Shown here: positions 1 through 13,845 of the stretch, in pieces
How positions within the stretch are numbered: the stretch's first letter is position 1
Layout of the letters: every line of letters starts with the position of its first letter
Origin: Convolutriloba macropyga
Lineage: Eukaryota
Assembly (NCBI RefSeq): GCF_964194025.1
Contig: NC_134482.1
Coordinates: forward strand, 34,844,001 to 34,908,000
Length of the DNA: 64,000 bases
Direction of reading: 5' to 3'
Translations under genes and position numbers: made by a program
The notes under the pieces: generated by a model
The model's input: the letters and a program-made list of their open reading frames with translations, nothing else
Told to the model about the DNA's origin: nothing
Database searches by the model: none

Positions 1-140
1 GTTCATTTTTTCACTAAAGATAATGTTTAGGTGAACGAAATTTGAATCATGGCAAGTTGGGATTTATGATAATGCAGTGACGCAGGTCGATTTTGGGCAG
101 TTTTTTTCAAGAATTAGGTGAGAAAGGTCCTTCCATATAA

Positions 141-690
141 TTAATTGCTTTCAAACGATGTTTGTTGCAATTCTATTAGTCCGGTTGGTCTTTTCTATGC
201 CATTTTTGCTTGACCGATTTTTCGTCTGACCCATTTGACTTTTCGTTCTAAAAACGTGATAAACAGTTAGCATCCAGCGGGCATTAAGTGCTCTTAGAGC
301 CTTTCAATTCATTAGTCTCCAAGTATTCGGTTAACAAAAACTGTTTTCGAGACTTAACTTATGGTGTGAAGGGTGTTTCTAGGAAGTTGAACCTTCCCCA
401 ACCCCCCCCCCCCCACCCCCATATCAACATCAACCCCCTGCACATCATTCAGGACGTAAGGGCCCCGTGCAGCCAAAGACCTCCTCCCACCGTTGCCCGC
501 AACCCCCACCCACTGTTGCCCCCACCCCATCCCTCCCGATGCACCCCCCCCCCCACCGCTGCGCTCACCTAACGCCCTTTCAGTTTAGCTAAAGCTAGCC
601 TCACTATACCGAGGCTAGCTACTACTGACGAAGCCAACCACTCACCTGTCGGTTGAGAGTATTTCGTGCGACGTTAGTTGGTTATGTTTA
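141..690. repeat. Dispersed repeat, copy 1, with central C-rich tract
   Basis: 141-380 aligns by eye to 55448-55690 (e.g. gcaattct.ttagtcc, gggcattaagt..t.ttagagcc). 557-690 aligns to 57315-57428 (ctgcgctcac, tagctaaa.ctagcct.acta, gacgaag, ggttatgttt). A shorter relative starts near 44983. Confidence 0.8.
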
Positions 691-2103
691 ATTAATGTGC
701 ACAATTTTTTTCCAAACTTTTACAAGAACTCGCAAAATATTCCAGCCTCTTTTGAATATGACATCAATCGGAACGTGATAGATTAACATTCTTATATCCT
801 TTTGTAGATTTTGTCCGAAAAACTATGATCAAAACCAGTAATTTTGCCAATAAAACAAATGATATAATCAATGTTTCTAAAAATTTCTCAATTTGCGTTA
901 GTGTTGCGTATTAGAAGTTACATTTGTTTAGCCCATTGAAATCAAATTCTTTTTGTAAAAACGTTCAAATATGAAATTTGTTTTTCTTTTAATAATCGTT
1001 TAACCGAATAATCGTTTCCGCAAGTCTGTGTGAGATAGTCTTCCTCTCGAAGGGCCATATTACTTGAAAAAGTTTACTTAAATTGTTTATAGCTACATTA
1101 TAAATGAATTGAATACGAAATTAAATATCTCATGAAACGCTGGTTAGATCTTTGGCACCCTTACTGTTGTAATTTAATTCAATCTTGTTTCCAGACCTGA
1201 ACTTCTCGGGTCTTCGACGTATTAATCTGCATTTGAACTGAGGAATCAAAGTATGCAACATGAGAAAAATCTGAGAAGTTCAGAGATCTTTGAAATGAAT
1301 GTGCGAACTCAGCAGCAGAAAGTTTTATAAATAAAAACAATGTTCCTAGTTTTAGAATCATTTTTGAGGAAACTCATTGAGTGCTAAAAAATTGCCTGCA
1401 AACATAGTTTTATTTGAGAAAATGTGGAAAAGGAACAGGGCAACTTTGGGTATTTCAGGAAAATAATCCTCAGAAAGAAGCATTCAAATGTGGAATCAGA
1501 TTGTTGTAGAAATTTGGATAACAAGTTTGAGAATATAAACTTGATGGTTATTGAAACGTCATATGATTTGGCAGTTAAAAGCTGCTTTTTTTCAAAAGAG
1601 ATAATAATTTCCTCAGAAATTATTTTTTTTGTTGAGCAGAACTCAAATCTTCTGCAATTTATATAGGAAACAATGTTTTCTTCTTCTGACGCTCAACAGT
1701 ACTATTTTTAAATAATTCAAATTAATAAAAATCTGATCTACATCATCATTATTCGTTTAATTTTGATTAAATTCGTTTGTTGCCAAACAAATAAGACCTC
1801 GAAAATTTTTGTAAAGTCAATTGAGTAAACGTCGGTTTGTAAACAATTTCTGATCACATTTAGCAAAATCTAACAATATTGAATCAAACCGTGATTAAAG
1901 AAAAGCGAGGGCAGATCCGCTTTCAGTATTTATGGATTCCTTTGTTTACGTTAAAACATACAAAAAAAAAACTTTTTCTCAGAGCGTCATGTGGAATCCT
2001 GAGATCTCTTTTTGGTTTCAGAGGCATTTTCTTCCACTTTGAGCTTGTTTTGCTGACTAATAACTCGTCATAACTAATTTTTATCTGCATCCTCGGTCTT
2101 TTC

Positions 2104-2303
2104 NNNNNNNNNNNNNNNNNNNNNNNNNNNNNNNNNNNNNNNNNNNNNNNNNNNNNNNNNNNNNNNNNNNNNNNNNNNNNNNNNNNNNNNNNNNNNNNNN
2201 NNNNNNNNNNNNNNNNNNNNNNNNNNNNNNNNNNNNNNNNNNNNNNNNNNNNNNNNNNNNNNNNNNNNNNNNNNNNNNNNNNNNNNNNNNNNNNNNNNNN
2301 NNN
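2104..2303. other. Assembly gap (200 N)
   Basis: Run of n characters. Confidence 0.99.
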
Positions 2304-3626
2304 AAAAACAGTCAGCTCTTTTTTCAAAATTCGACTGCCACCCTCTCCAAGTCAAATAAAGCTTTAAAAGCAATTTTTGAAAGTAACAATAAATACTTCT
2401 ATGTTTTTTGTTCAAATTTGTGAAATTGTTATTAAAAAAAAACAAAAGCATAGCGATGACAAAAGTTTTCATTTTTTATTTAACGCATAAAACTGAGGCA
2501 TTCAAAATTGCAATAAATAATACTATGAGTAAAACCTTCAGGGAACCCTTCTGCATTTATTTTAATATGTTACTTATTAATAATATGTTTTCTTTATTAG
2601 CTTGGTTTCAGCAAAATTGTTTCGCATTTAACTATTTATAGACGCTGCAAAAACACCATGCTGGGGATATTTAAAGAAAGGAATTAAATATCGAACTCCA
2701 TACATAATTTAGTCTTAGTTTGAAGTTTTTCATGTTTACTTTACCATTATAAGGTCAGCCGCAATTCATTAAAAGCAACAAAATTATAAAAATGACGCCT
2801 ATTCACCTGTATCGATTTAGAAAATAGTTAATAGCTCTATAAATTATAGTTTCCTTCCATTGTTTGCTAAAAAAAGTGTATATACAAGCGCAATCTCACC
2901 ATTCTCAATCATCATCTCGATATATTATTAAAGTATTTCCAATAAATCTCTTAATTCTATACTAAAAATCATCCTCTTCGTCTCTCTTTCTTGCAAAATT
3001 CATTTTTATAACACAGCTAAAATGCACTCATTTCGTCTGAGACAGCCCATAACCTAACAGAAAGTCAGCGCTCCAATATTAGTTCTGTTTTTTTACTGGT
3101 TGAAAGAAAACAAAACTTTAATTAATGAAACTTTTTGCAACAAGATTTTACTTTTTTTCCAAAACAAATGGCTGAAAAGTTGATTATTCGTTCAAATGAG
3201 TTCCAGAGCAGTAAATAACTTTGGGAATAATCAAAGTTTCTTGTTTGATTTCAAATAATTGAAAAAAAACTGAAATCTCAAACGTATTGTTAGCATCTTA
3301 TTTCCTTAAAATGAAATATCCTCAAGTCTTGCAGCTCAAAACTCTGCGTGAAGTGTTTGAATTTCGAATTAAGATAGGTCAAGATTAATTTCAGCACATT
3401 TATGGAGATATATCCACACTGTATATATCCAGCTAAGTTTTTCCTTAAGTAGAGTTTAACACATTGGCTGTGTTAGTTGAAGAAGGATACAGAAAATTAT
3501 GTGAGAATCCGGACAAAAACTGTTGCTCTCTAACGTTTACAAGACAACAGTGAATTTCCTTGTTTTTTGCCATTTGGATACATTTGGGGTGGTGGAGTTT
3601 AATACATATTAGAGATATTGTCTCCA

Positions 3627-4840
3627 TACACACTAAATAAAGTTAAGGTAATTTTACCTTAAAAAACATCCTAACTCACCTTAACAGTTAAGGTAGATTT
3701 GTCTTTCCTTAACTCACCTTAACTAACCCTAACTTTACCTGAAATTTACCTGAAAAGTTAAGGCCTCACTACCTTAAAAAAAACCTTAAATTTTACTCTC
3801 ACTTCCCTTAAAATTACCTTGAGTAATTACCTTAAAATTACCTCAAAAAATCCCTTAACTCTGCCTTAACGAAACCTGATATTTACCTTAAAAATAGGGT
3901 AAGTTAGGGTAAATTTACCACCACAGTTAGGGTAATTATTTAAGGTAATTTTAAGGTAAGTTAGGGTAAAATTAAGGTCTTTGTTAAGGGGGTGAGGCCT
4001 TAACTTTTCATGTAAAGTTCAGGTAAAGTGAAGGTAAAATCTGCTGGAGATAGGGCAAGTAAAGGTAAGTTCAGGTAGAGTACAGGTAGGGCAATTCTAC
4101 CTTAACCGGTTAAGGTATAAAAATTTAAGGTAAAATTACCTTAAAAGGGCAAAATTTAAGGTTGAAAAAATTAAGGTCAAATTACCTTAAAAGCGCAAGT
4201 TATGGTAAATGCAACCATGTTGGAAATATTTCCTCCAGTCAATTTATGAACCGACTATTGAGAAAACCATTTCCAGTATACTGTAATTTTTAAGTGAATC
4301 TCAACTCAGTATGCACATAGTACACACTTTATACAGGACCGCCATCGAGACTAAGGCCCCGAACTATTGGAGAGCACTAATAGGATGCGCGGCAAAACCG
4401 GATCCATAGAGGACTGGATGTGCTGAACTTGCGCTGAAACTTTGTAGGAAATGCGCTGAAGTTTTATTGTTTTTACGTTTCCTCAAAAGCACTGACATTT
4501 ATCTACTGATGTGCTGAACTTGCGCTGAAACTTTGTAAGAAATGCGCTGAAAAAAAGTGCCGAAGCTTTTGCATGAATTGCACCCAAAATGCGCTGAAAT
4601 TTTGTATGAAGTGCGCTGAAGATGCGCTAAACTTTCGAATTTTTAGCGCCTTTTCAAAGTTTCAGCGCATACAGCGCTTTTCTTACACAAGAAATGCGCT
4701 GAAGCGGCGCTAACATCCCAACCCGGGCTCATTAATAATTGTTTTACAGTACTTTTAAAATAATTTAAGGTAATTTTACTGCAGAATGTAAAAAATAAAG
4801 TTCAATTAATTTAAGGTAATTTTACCTTAACAGAGTTAAC
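3627..4840. mobile_element. Non-autonomous DNA element/MITE built from direct and inverted TTACCTTAA/TTAAGGTAA units, interrupted by a GCGCTGAA-repeat block
   Basis: Starts tacacactaaataaa, identical to 33258-33272. Many ttaccttaa/ttaaggtaa units in both orientations over 3640-4210 and 4760-4830. Confidence 0.6.
4410..4730. repeat. Cluster of GCGCTGAA direct and inverted repeats (MITE-like)
   Basis: tgctgaacttgcgctgaaactttgta occurs twice. Further (t)gcgctgaa units and inverted tcagcgc/tagcgc units follow. Confidence 0.6.
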
Positions 4841-6920
4841 TCAAAATATTTCAGCAAACTCTTCGTTAAGTGTTGAACTCTTTAGAAACCCCATTTTTTT
4901 TAACTTTTTCCGATGTTTTGTTGCAATCCCTTGATCAAATTATTGCAGACAAAACTTATGGAAACAATTGAATGTTTGATTTTTGACAACTTTTTTATAT
5001 TAGTTAGTTATACAATATGTTGAAAATTATACGGTAAGAATTTGTATTTTTGTTGAACGCAAAGGGCGCATAAAATTGCTACATTGGTTTCTAATCAAGT
5101 TATGCAGTTTTAAAAAATTTTTTTCCGGTTGATTTTCTCCGTCATTATATTTGGCATCAGATTTTCAGTTTACTGGTTAAGTTATCATATGGAGAAAAAT
5201 TGATTATACTTGCATATCTAAAAAAGGGTTATCTTTCAAAAGTGTTAGTTAAACTATATACCATCAGTACACCGTTTTTGCTCAAATTTTGATACAATTA
5301 AAAAACCTCTGCAAAATTCGTTTTATTGTTAATTCAAAATTTTCAATTTTTTGTTTTCTTACCGAAACCTACAGGTTTAAAGTTTAATTGTTTTGTAAAA
5401 CCCGATATTTTTTGAAGTGATACGAACGTTGCCATTCTTTTCCTACAAAATACCCCCCAACAAAAGTAGAGTTTAGTTCTTAGTATACATTTTTCTCTTT
5501 TGATTTTCTCGAAGATAAAAAGAGAATGAAAAGTTTCGATAATTTAGCAATTGTAATCCAGAAATTTTGCAGTCATCGAAAAGCAGACCGCAACATTTTT
5601 CAGATACTTCAAGAAACTTCAGTGAAATATATATATTAATAATTTGTTGTTCATGTACACAGGATATCGTTTAGACAAGGTAAATATGTGCAGGTTATCT
5701 TATCTAATTTTATGTGCCCATAAAAAATATAAGTCTAAAGCTGATCGGAGAATTAGAACACATGGACACTGACGTGTTACACTCCTTTTACTTCAAAAAG
5801 TAATCATCTCGTTTTCGATTTATTTTTCCCAAGAAATCAGAGAGCAGTAATATGGTATCAAAAAACGCGTCATTAAAGTGACAATATAAAACAGTAGCCA
5901 CACTGGTTTCAATTCCTTAAGAAAAAGGGATCAATTGTTTTACCCGAATAATTTCTTCCCAACAAAACACGGAAATGGCTGCAAAGAAGTGTTCACTTTA
6001 CAAGCGATATTCAACGTTAATGGGTCGAAAAAAATTACAAATTTTAAAAATTAAAAATTTGTGAAAATTGTCGTTTATTTTTAGTTTTTGTTGGATAAAT
6101 TAATACAACAGCTGTTTGAAACAGAATTTTCACGATTGAATTCAGTTCCGAAAAAGTAATCTCAACAGTAAAATGATTCAATCTCTATTTTCAAGTATCT
6201 TGGCTCTTTTTTGAACACATTCACAGCAAAAGAATCAATTTCAGCGACTCTGTCCCCATTATCTGTCAGTTTTTTTTTCATATTAACAGGACAATTTAGC
6301 TTAATTAAAAAGAAAATAAGTATATCTTTGGATAAAAATCGGATATTTCCGATCAAATTTTTCTCAAAGCTTAGACAAAATTTTTTCCTAATTCCACGCC
6401 AAAAACTAGTTTAGTTGTCGGTCAAGTACATTGATTAGAAAAAAGTCTTGGGTTGAAAAAGTTGCTAAAAATTGTTTTCCTTTTTCCTTTAGAAGCTCTG
6501 ATGAAGTTTCGCTGCTTTCTGTCTAATTAATTCATACATAAGAAGCAGTCACTTTGAAATGAATTGTTTGTAATTTGTATTTTTGGTTCAATAGTTGCCA
6601 TTTTTTCTTCAGGCTAAGTCCTATTTTTTGAAAATTGGCGAATTGTTGATATGTCGTTTTTTGTGGTAATATGCTAACAGTCGCCTAAAAGCAGCTTCTC
6701 TGTCACAAGTCGCAAAAATAAAAATTGATCACTAGATTCATATATAGTTCTGGTTGTGTTCATTGTGTAAGCATTGAGCTTTTAAGTTGGTTATAAATTA
6801 AGACGCGCAGGAAATTTTGAAGCTCACGCAAATTACCGATGATTCTTGCCTTATTTGTTCTCCAATTTTAGTTTCAAACGATGGGCTTAAGTTGACAAAT
6901 TGCACACTGAACTTTCTTAC

Positions 6921-6999
6921 CTTCTTTTGAGACCGACTTTCCTTCAATCAAAGTCCCGGAGAGACAAAAGACAGCCAACAGGCACATTATTTCATTCAT
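6921..6999 (-). CDS. Candidate first coding exon of a secreted protein (signal peptide), rest of gene not identified
   Basis: MNEIMCLLAVFCLSGTLIEGKSVSKE+G: hydrophobic core with a plausible cleavage after IEG, followed by the strong donor AAG|GTAAGA in phase 1. Confidence 0.4.
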
Positions 7000-7172
7000 A
7001 TTGACAGAAAATTTGCAATTGGAGGAAAAAACAAAAATTGGATATATTTTTTTCAACTGGGTGTTGTAAGAACGAAGTGATAACGGAAACCGTAATTTCT
7101 GCCAACAAACTTGTAATATAATCATTGAATTTCAGCTTAGCTTCAATTTGAATTCCTAAGTTTTTGCTTGAG

Positions 7173-7715
7173 TTTCATCTGTTTAATTGAGACGCACTAT
7201 TAGCACAGTTTTTGGACGTTTATAATATAGCTGACTGCTATCTTTCAACTTCACGCAGATACGATACCTCGAAACAAGAAACGCATTATATTGCTTTTAG
7301 TGTAACACATCATCAATTCCGAGGCTCAGAAACCAGGTTTTGTTTTGTGAGAAAGTTGTCTTAAAAACATCTTGAGAAACTTGCAAAATTTCTACTGATC
7401 TTGTTTACCATCTTTTTAAACGGGTTTCCCCTTGATAACACTCTCATTGATTTTGAGACCAGCTTCATTTAGACTTGCTTGTTTTTTGTAGGTAAGTTTG
7501 CCTTGGGCTTCATCTGTTTAATTGAAGCGCTCCGCTAACACAGTTTTGTGACTGTTTGCAATATAGCTGACTGCTATCTTTTAATTTTCACGTAGATTTG
7601 ATATGAGTTGAAATCGAAAACGCTTTATATTATACTAAGTGATACACGTCTCTAATTCAGAGGCTCAAAGATCAGGTTCTCTTGTTTGACCACTTGTGTT
7701 AAAAACATCTCGAGA
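7173..7715. repeat. Diverged tandem duplication, period ~335 bp
   Basis: ttcatctgtttaattga...aatatagctgactgctatcttt...gaggctca...aaaaacatct recurs at ~7174 and ~7509. Confidence 0.75.
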
Positions 7716-7876
7716 ATTTTTCCAGCGTTTTAGAAAAAAGGAGACCAAAATTTAGCGAAAGATTTTTGTTCAAGCACTTTTCAACTTGTTCAATTTTTAG
7801 GAATTTCAAAATGCACTGAAAGCAACTAATTCGACCCTATTTATTGGTTTTGATTTTTATTACCCCAATTATGGTA

Positions 7877-8012
7877 NNNNNNNNNNNNNNNNNNNNNNNN
7901 NNNNNNNNNNNNNNNNNNNNNNNNNNNNNNNNNNNNNNNNNNNNNNNNNNNNNNNNNNNNNNNNNNNNNNNNNNNNNNNNNNNNNNNNNNNNNNNNNNNN
8001 NNNNNNNNNNNN
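7877..8012. other. Assembly gap (136 N)
   Basis: Run of n characters. Confidence 0.99.
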
Positions 8013-10520
8013 TTTAATTTACTATGATCTATAATGTATGTTTTATTAGATTAGTATATGACAATCACAAAATTCGTATCTTGTCTCCATATCCCACACT
8101 TTGAGGTCGCTTTTTACATGTAATGAGATACGTTTTGTAGAATAAATGAGGTAAAATTTACCAAATGGTTCGTTTTTGGTTGAGGCTCTGGTTGTCTCAG
8201 AGTGCGCCCATTTTTTGTTCAATTAAAAACTTAACTAACAAACAGCAACAAATATTTTGGGGATTTCGTTGATCAGAAAGTTGAGGTTATAAGAATTGAA
8301 TCCTGTAAAACAAGCTTGAAGGCTTGAATCCTCAATTAATTTCCAGATGTTGGAGCTCCGTTGGTGGCAGCATAATTTTTGTTGCTCATGCATAAAACGT
8401 TTGACCGAATTTATATTCCAATTTATTCACGAAAGAGGAACGAAATTAGTTTTATCAAAGTCTTCGCAACAACGAGAATTAACTTCCCATGGAAATTTTG
8501 TAAGTTTCTGTTTTTTGCTCATGTAAAAAAAATTATTTTGGATGTTGACTAAAAAATTTTGAATACAATTTTCGCGAGACAGTTTTTTTGATAAATTTGC
8601 AAAAAGTATAAATTGGGCATTATATCGCTTAACCATCCTAGCAACCTTAAATTAGAAACAATATCAAAGGAATCAAGTCGTCATCTGTACTTCAATTATT
8701 CGGTCACGAACGATTTGAAACTTAGAGAAAAAATGAAAAAGTATTTGTTTTGAAAAATCTATAGGATCGACACAAATCTATATTTGAAACTTTAAGAGCT
8801 TAACAATTATGAAGTACAGAAAAGAGTAAAAAGTAGTTGCGGTGCCATCACAGAAAAACTCAAAACAGAAAAGAAAATCAGTTTCTGAAACATCACAAAA
8901 ACCGAAGACCTCAGTTATTGCTTAAAAAAATAGGTAATTCATCTGCGACAATTAGATTCTCTTAAACTCCTTGCCAACTGGAAGATTTGAGAAAACTGTT
9001 ACTCTTAAACTAGCATAAGAAAAGACAGCGTATCTCTCGACAAATAGGCCTGGTAGCATTTAATGAAAACCGGTCGTAATTTTCTATCTAAATATTTTTC
9101 ATAATTTTGTACCCACATTTTTCTTTCTGTGAAGAAATGAATGAAGGCTATATGAAGTTGATTTTAATTTGGCGTCCAATTATTTTCACAAATTTGAGAA
9201 AAAAAATTGGGGCAGGCATCATATTTTAAACACATTTCAAAAAAGTATTTTTTGATATTCATAAAGTGTATTCATAAATAGTTCGATTGACCTGTTCCGT
9301 ATGAAGACGCCATCAGGGTATGTGATGACCTTTCCTTTTCGGACAAGTTGTTTGAATTTGTTGATAATGGAAGCAGAGAAAGATGCTAGGCCAAAAAGAT
9401 TCTAAAAAAGAGCTATATGAAGCAAAATTGCTGCGTCCTGCTATTCAGCAGCTTTCTCAAATGTCATTTGGTTAAATGTACTATTCATATGCGACTATTA
9501 AGAAAACCGACCCGTCTTTCAATGAGTTTTACAAGTATCAGTTCAACTGACCAAATGCAATTTGTCTCGTCCATAATTGCGTTTAGTTGGTAAGCATTTA
9601 AACTTCTTTTACGGAATCTCATTTTTGTAGGATTATTTCTGGTTTGCAAAATGTGTTCTCTGCAATATGGGAGTCTGTATTGGTTGAATCATTGATGTCA
9701 AGATGTGCTTAAGAATCAAAAGTTGTTATACATTATCTTGCAACTGAACTGGTATCCTGTGTGTTCTTTGAACAGCTCATTTGGTTTTTCTAGTTATAGA
9801 TTATTTTTTTATTTAATTTTGCCTTCATCAAATTTCTAGGAGGGTAGTAATAGAGATGCTAATTGGAGAAAACGTTTTGGTGTCAGAGTAGCGTTTTCCA
9901 GTTTGAACAAATTCGGGAAGTTTTTGATCTTTCCGTGTGAAAATTGAGGTTTAAAATGGGATTTCTAATGAATATATGTGAATTTTTGTTCATCTGTCAG
10001 TCGCTTTTTTTTTCAAAAATTGGTAGTGATCAAAAGAATATTGAATGCTGTGCGGAAACAAATTTTTTCTAGTAATTATTTGATCTTGTTCGCTCTTTGT
10101 TTGTTTGTATCATTATTGTGTAGTGTATCAATCTGCTGAGCAAAATTTATTAGTCATTTGTAAAATTCTGGTACGGATGGTTGTCGATTTGAACGAGGAA
10201 TTCAGATTAGTATTCTAAATTATATATTTGGCTTCTTGAAATCCCTTCAATTCTGTACAGCGAGAAAAATTATAAGTTTGAAATACCGAGTTCAGGAAAC
10301 CGTTTTGAAGCTATATGCCTCTAGCTGATAGGTTAGTCCATTTTACTCTTTTCGTTAAAAAGTAATAGGGACGCACGCGAGAAATTCAAATGGGTTTTCT
10401 AAGTTTTTTGTTTGCTCTATTGAAAACAGACCAATTCTGTAAAGCGAGAAAAATGATAATATTGATGTGCATAGTTCAAATAATAAATGTGCAATCGAAT
10501 GCCACTAGGCGATAGGCTAG

Positions 10521-10822
10521 TGTAGCAGTGAAAATACTGAATGTACACCTTCAACCAACCAGAAACTGAGAAGACACTGTTCTTTTTTATATAGAGAGAA
10601 CTGAACTAACTATAGTCAGTCTTTTAGTTAGATACACCATGTGTATACCATTGACTCCGGTGCTACTTCTTAACCACCGTAATAATAGAAGTTTACTCTC
10701 ATTGTTTTACAGAGTCGGTTAGTCTCAGAGATATAGGTAAGTCTACTTCGCGCGCAGAAATAAGTAGCCCTAGCTCATTATACTTTAAGGCTGTTAAAGG
10801 AGCCCACATCGGGTCTGCCTCA
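10521..10822 (+). repeat. 5' LTR (TG...CA, 302 bp)
   Basis: tgtagcagtg...gggtctgcctca. Aligns to 29885-30188 with about 26 differences counted by eye (~91% identity). Confidence 0.93.
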
Positions 10823-10824
10823 AC

Positions 10825-10840
10825 TGGTGCGACCAGTGAG
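10825..10840 (+). promoter_or_regulatory. Primer-binding site (TGGTGCGACCAGTGAG)
   Basis: TGG-initiated sequence 2 nt after the LTR end, as expected for complementarity to a tRNA 3' CCA end. The tRNA identity was not determined. Confidence 0.75.
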
Positions 10841-11018
10841 TTAACAAACTCTAACCGTGAAAAGAACTCACACCAAAAAACCCCTTTCTCTCTTGAGAAG
10901 GAAACTTAGAACTAGATTACATAGCTTTTTATTCTTTATTTACTTAAAAATTAAAAAAAAGGGAACACAACCCCAACAAAACAAAAGATGCTAATATTTA
11001 AACAACGAAATAACAAAA

Positions 11019-13845
11019 ATGGATCATCACATTGATCAACTCTCTTCCCACGTACAAACAAACTCGGACGAAATACAACACGCTGTTCTTACACAACAGA
11101 ACAAGCGCTTAACACGCGAAATTTTACCCTTTGAAGTTAAGAACTATCAACACCAATATACACTTAAATACAGCAAAACAGCTTAAGTAACACGATTTTG
11201 CAATAGAACAACAACCTCACCTTTCTTTACCAGAGAAAACATCACACGTTTCACGAACCGCCTTTCTTTCATACTTAGTTGAAATTTACGGAACTCAACT
11301 CACAAAAGGTTCTGTTCTTTTTGTTTGTGATCCACTCACAAACAGTTATATCTCACTAATATACGATACCCTGTTTCACCCATTATCAGACAAACTTTTT
11401 GAATTCCTTAACGGAATATGGACTGAAATACAACCGTCAGATAGAGATGGAATATTTAAAAAATCTTCTTTCGAATTTCTTAAACGCCTTGCACCTACAC
11501 TTAATACTAATGCTTCACACTCTCGAAAAGAAAGCATACACAAAATTGCCGGACAGGAATTAGAAGGATCCAATCACCTTCTAAAGATATACATAAGCTC
11601 TGTCACAGACGCAGATTTAAATGACGAATAGATTTTTGATTCTCTCACACTTTTATCTTGGTATATACACAAGTTTTGGAAAAGTCTGGTAAGACACATC
11701 TTTCCAGCCACCAAAATAATAGCAGAAACTTATCCGCGAAAAAAACTAAATTACCAGAAACCCTCCATTATATATATGACCCAAATTTCACTCCACAAAA
11801 TTTCGTTAACATCACGGAAATCCCATCCGAAACTATCCAAAAATTATCCATTAACCACGAAAATATAGAAATTATAAACTATAATGCGGAAACACAACCA
11901 TTTACTTGTACGAATATCACAGAAAACACAAACACTTCTCTGGAAGTCTCATCCATTGAAAATATGGATACAACAATCCACTCTCAACAATCAGAAAGCC
12001 GTATAAACGAAACTACTGAAACAGATTCCAACTCAACACCGTTAGGTGATGGAACACTCTTTGCATCACACACGGTAAACACATTAATTGATTTTGAAGA
12101 CAATGATCAAAAGAATAACCAAAATAACGATAATACTAATACTAATCATAACTCTACTACTAATACCACTGATAACACGCATATTTACCAAATTCACCAG
12201 CACAGACAACCTGTAAACTCAACTGAATGGACACAAAATTCAAAACTATTAAACACAACTATACCAAAATTGCCAAATGTAAACACACATTTACCACGTC
12301 TACACAGACAGAATTCCGTACACTTTAAGACTGAACCCATCATTCTTAATAATTCAGCCCAACCCACACAAGGGACTACTCAAAATATTCAAATCACTCC
12401 ACAACAATTAGTAAATATTGTTAGACAAATAAATTCACAAAGTGCACAACAAAGTACAAATTGCACCGACTCCTTATTATTTACAAGCAACGTCTACACA
12501 AACGCAATCACCTGTACATCGCAGGAATACACGAAAGATGTATCCCTACCTAGGCGGCTCGGTAGCAATGCAACAATCTTTAAGTCCGTTTGATGGTACT
12601 GATCCCACCTATACAACAGAAGATTTTTCAAACGCTATCACAGCAAATATGGTAATGACAGCAGTACCAGAGCAGACTGATTCACCATTTCATGAAGCCT
12701 GGATCTTGAAACGAATTACCATGATCCAAACGGCCCTAACAGGACCAGCAACACAATGGTATTCACATCTTCCACTAGATATTAAAAAGAATTGGCAAGC
12801 GTTTTGTCAAGAATTTCAGAAAACAGTCGATAATCAACAATCACAAACACAAGCGAAATTATTACTAGAAAGCATAACACGTGCTTCTGGTGAACAAATT
12901 AAAACACTAGCACTTAGAATAGAACAAATGACTCGGAAAGCATACGTTAACAATGCCCCGGATATACGGAATGCACAAATGAATGACGCGCTTGTCAAAG
13001 CACTTAATCCACAACTAGCTGGAGTAGCACTTAAAAAGATTGCAAATCACAAATCAACCGCATTGGAACCAAAACTTCCATTCGCACAACTTGTTGAAAA
13101 AATACATCAAGAAGACATTACAAGAACACATAATGATAGACACAAAATAAATTCAAATTCCACTCTTTCACCCTCAATTAATAATCTCTCCCTTGAGATA
13201 GAGAATCTCACAGTGATGATATACACACAATGGAACAAGATATTGCTCACGAAATAAATGTAGTACGACACAAATACTCAAATGACCCTAATTTCAAAGG
13301 AAAACCACTCTTCCTAAAATTTCGCAAAAAAAAGATACGTCTCCTGCGTGCCCTGCGAAAAAGTATACAAAACAATTTGATAAGCCTAATTTTCAAAAAC
13401 AAACATTCAATCAAGCAATGAAAGGTAATCAATACCTTCCCAAGTCACATCGAATAATATGACAGGTAAACCACTACCATTTTCACATCGCTCTCGCAGC
13501 AATAGCAGAGAACACCGAAATCACTCAAGACACAGAGTTCTAAACAAATTCTCACAAAATAAATCAAAACCCTATTACAGAAACAGCAATTTCAAACCAC
13601 CGAATAGAAACGGTTCACCATACCCAAGACCAAATTTTCAAACTAAATCACAATATAATTCTAGACCACAATCACCTCACTATAATCGAGACGGAAATCG
13701 CTCACCACGACCGTTCTCACAAAATCGACTTCGTAATGTTAGAAAATATGTTGAGTCATTGCTACATCAAGAACAATCAGACAGCACTACGGCGAACACC
13801 GAATATACAGACACTACAAATGTCTCCGAGGAAACACTCCTCTAA
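11019..13845 (+). pseudogene. gag: gag (disrupted): long N-terminal region, T/N/Q-rich linker, retrotransposon capsid domain, Arg/Ser-rich C-terminus
   Basis: ORFs 11658-12593, 12442-13257 (PFDGTDP...ALTGPATQWY...NWQAFCQEF, a typical Gypsy capsid pattern) and 13459-13845 (RSRSNSR...SRPQSP). The upstream ATG at 11019 is tentative. Confidence 0.75.

Noticed and set aside
288-572. Proline-rich 94-aa ORF
   Set aside because: By-product of the poly-C tract in a repeat; not conserved in copy 2.
615-685. Hammerhead ribozyme (CTGACGA...GAGA)
   Set aside because: GAAA is GAGA in both copies, the second copy reads CGGACGA, and no properly placed NUH site or stem III is evident.
1179-1361. Small secreted peptide (MILKLGTLFLFIKLSAA...)
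   Set aside because: Only 60 aa, weak hydrophobic core, no convincing splice donor or homology.
1923-2472. ORFs of 132-134 aa
   Set aside because: Open only because they run through the N gap.
13843-13845. Programmed stop-codon readthrough between gag and pol
   Set aside because: The element has many random stops; TAA here is as easily a mutated GAA/CAA codon. It cannot be supported from one decayed copy.
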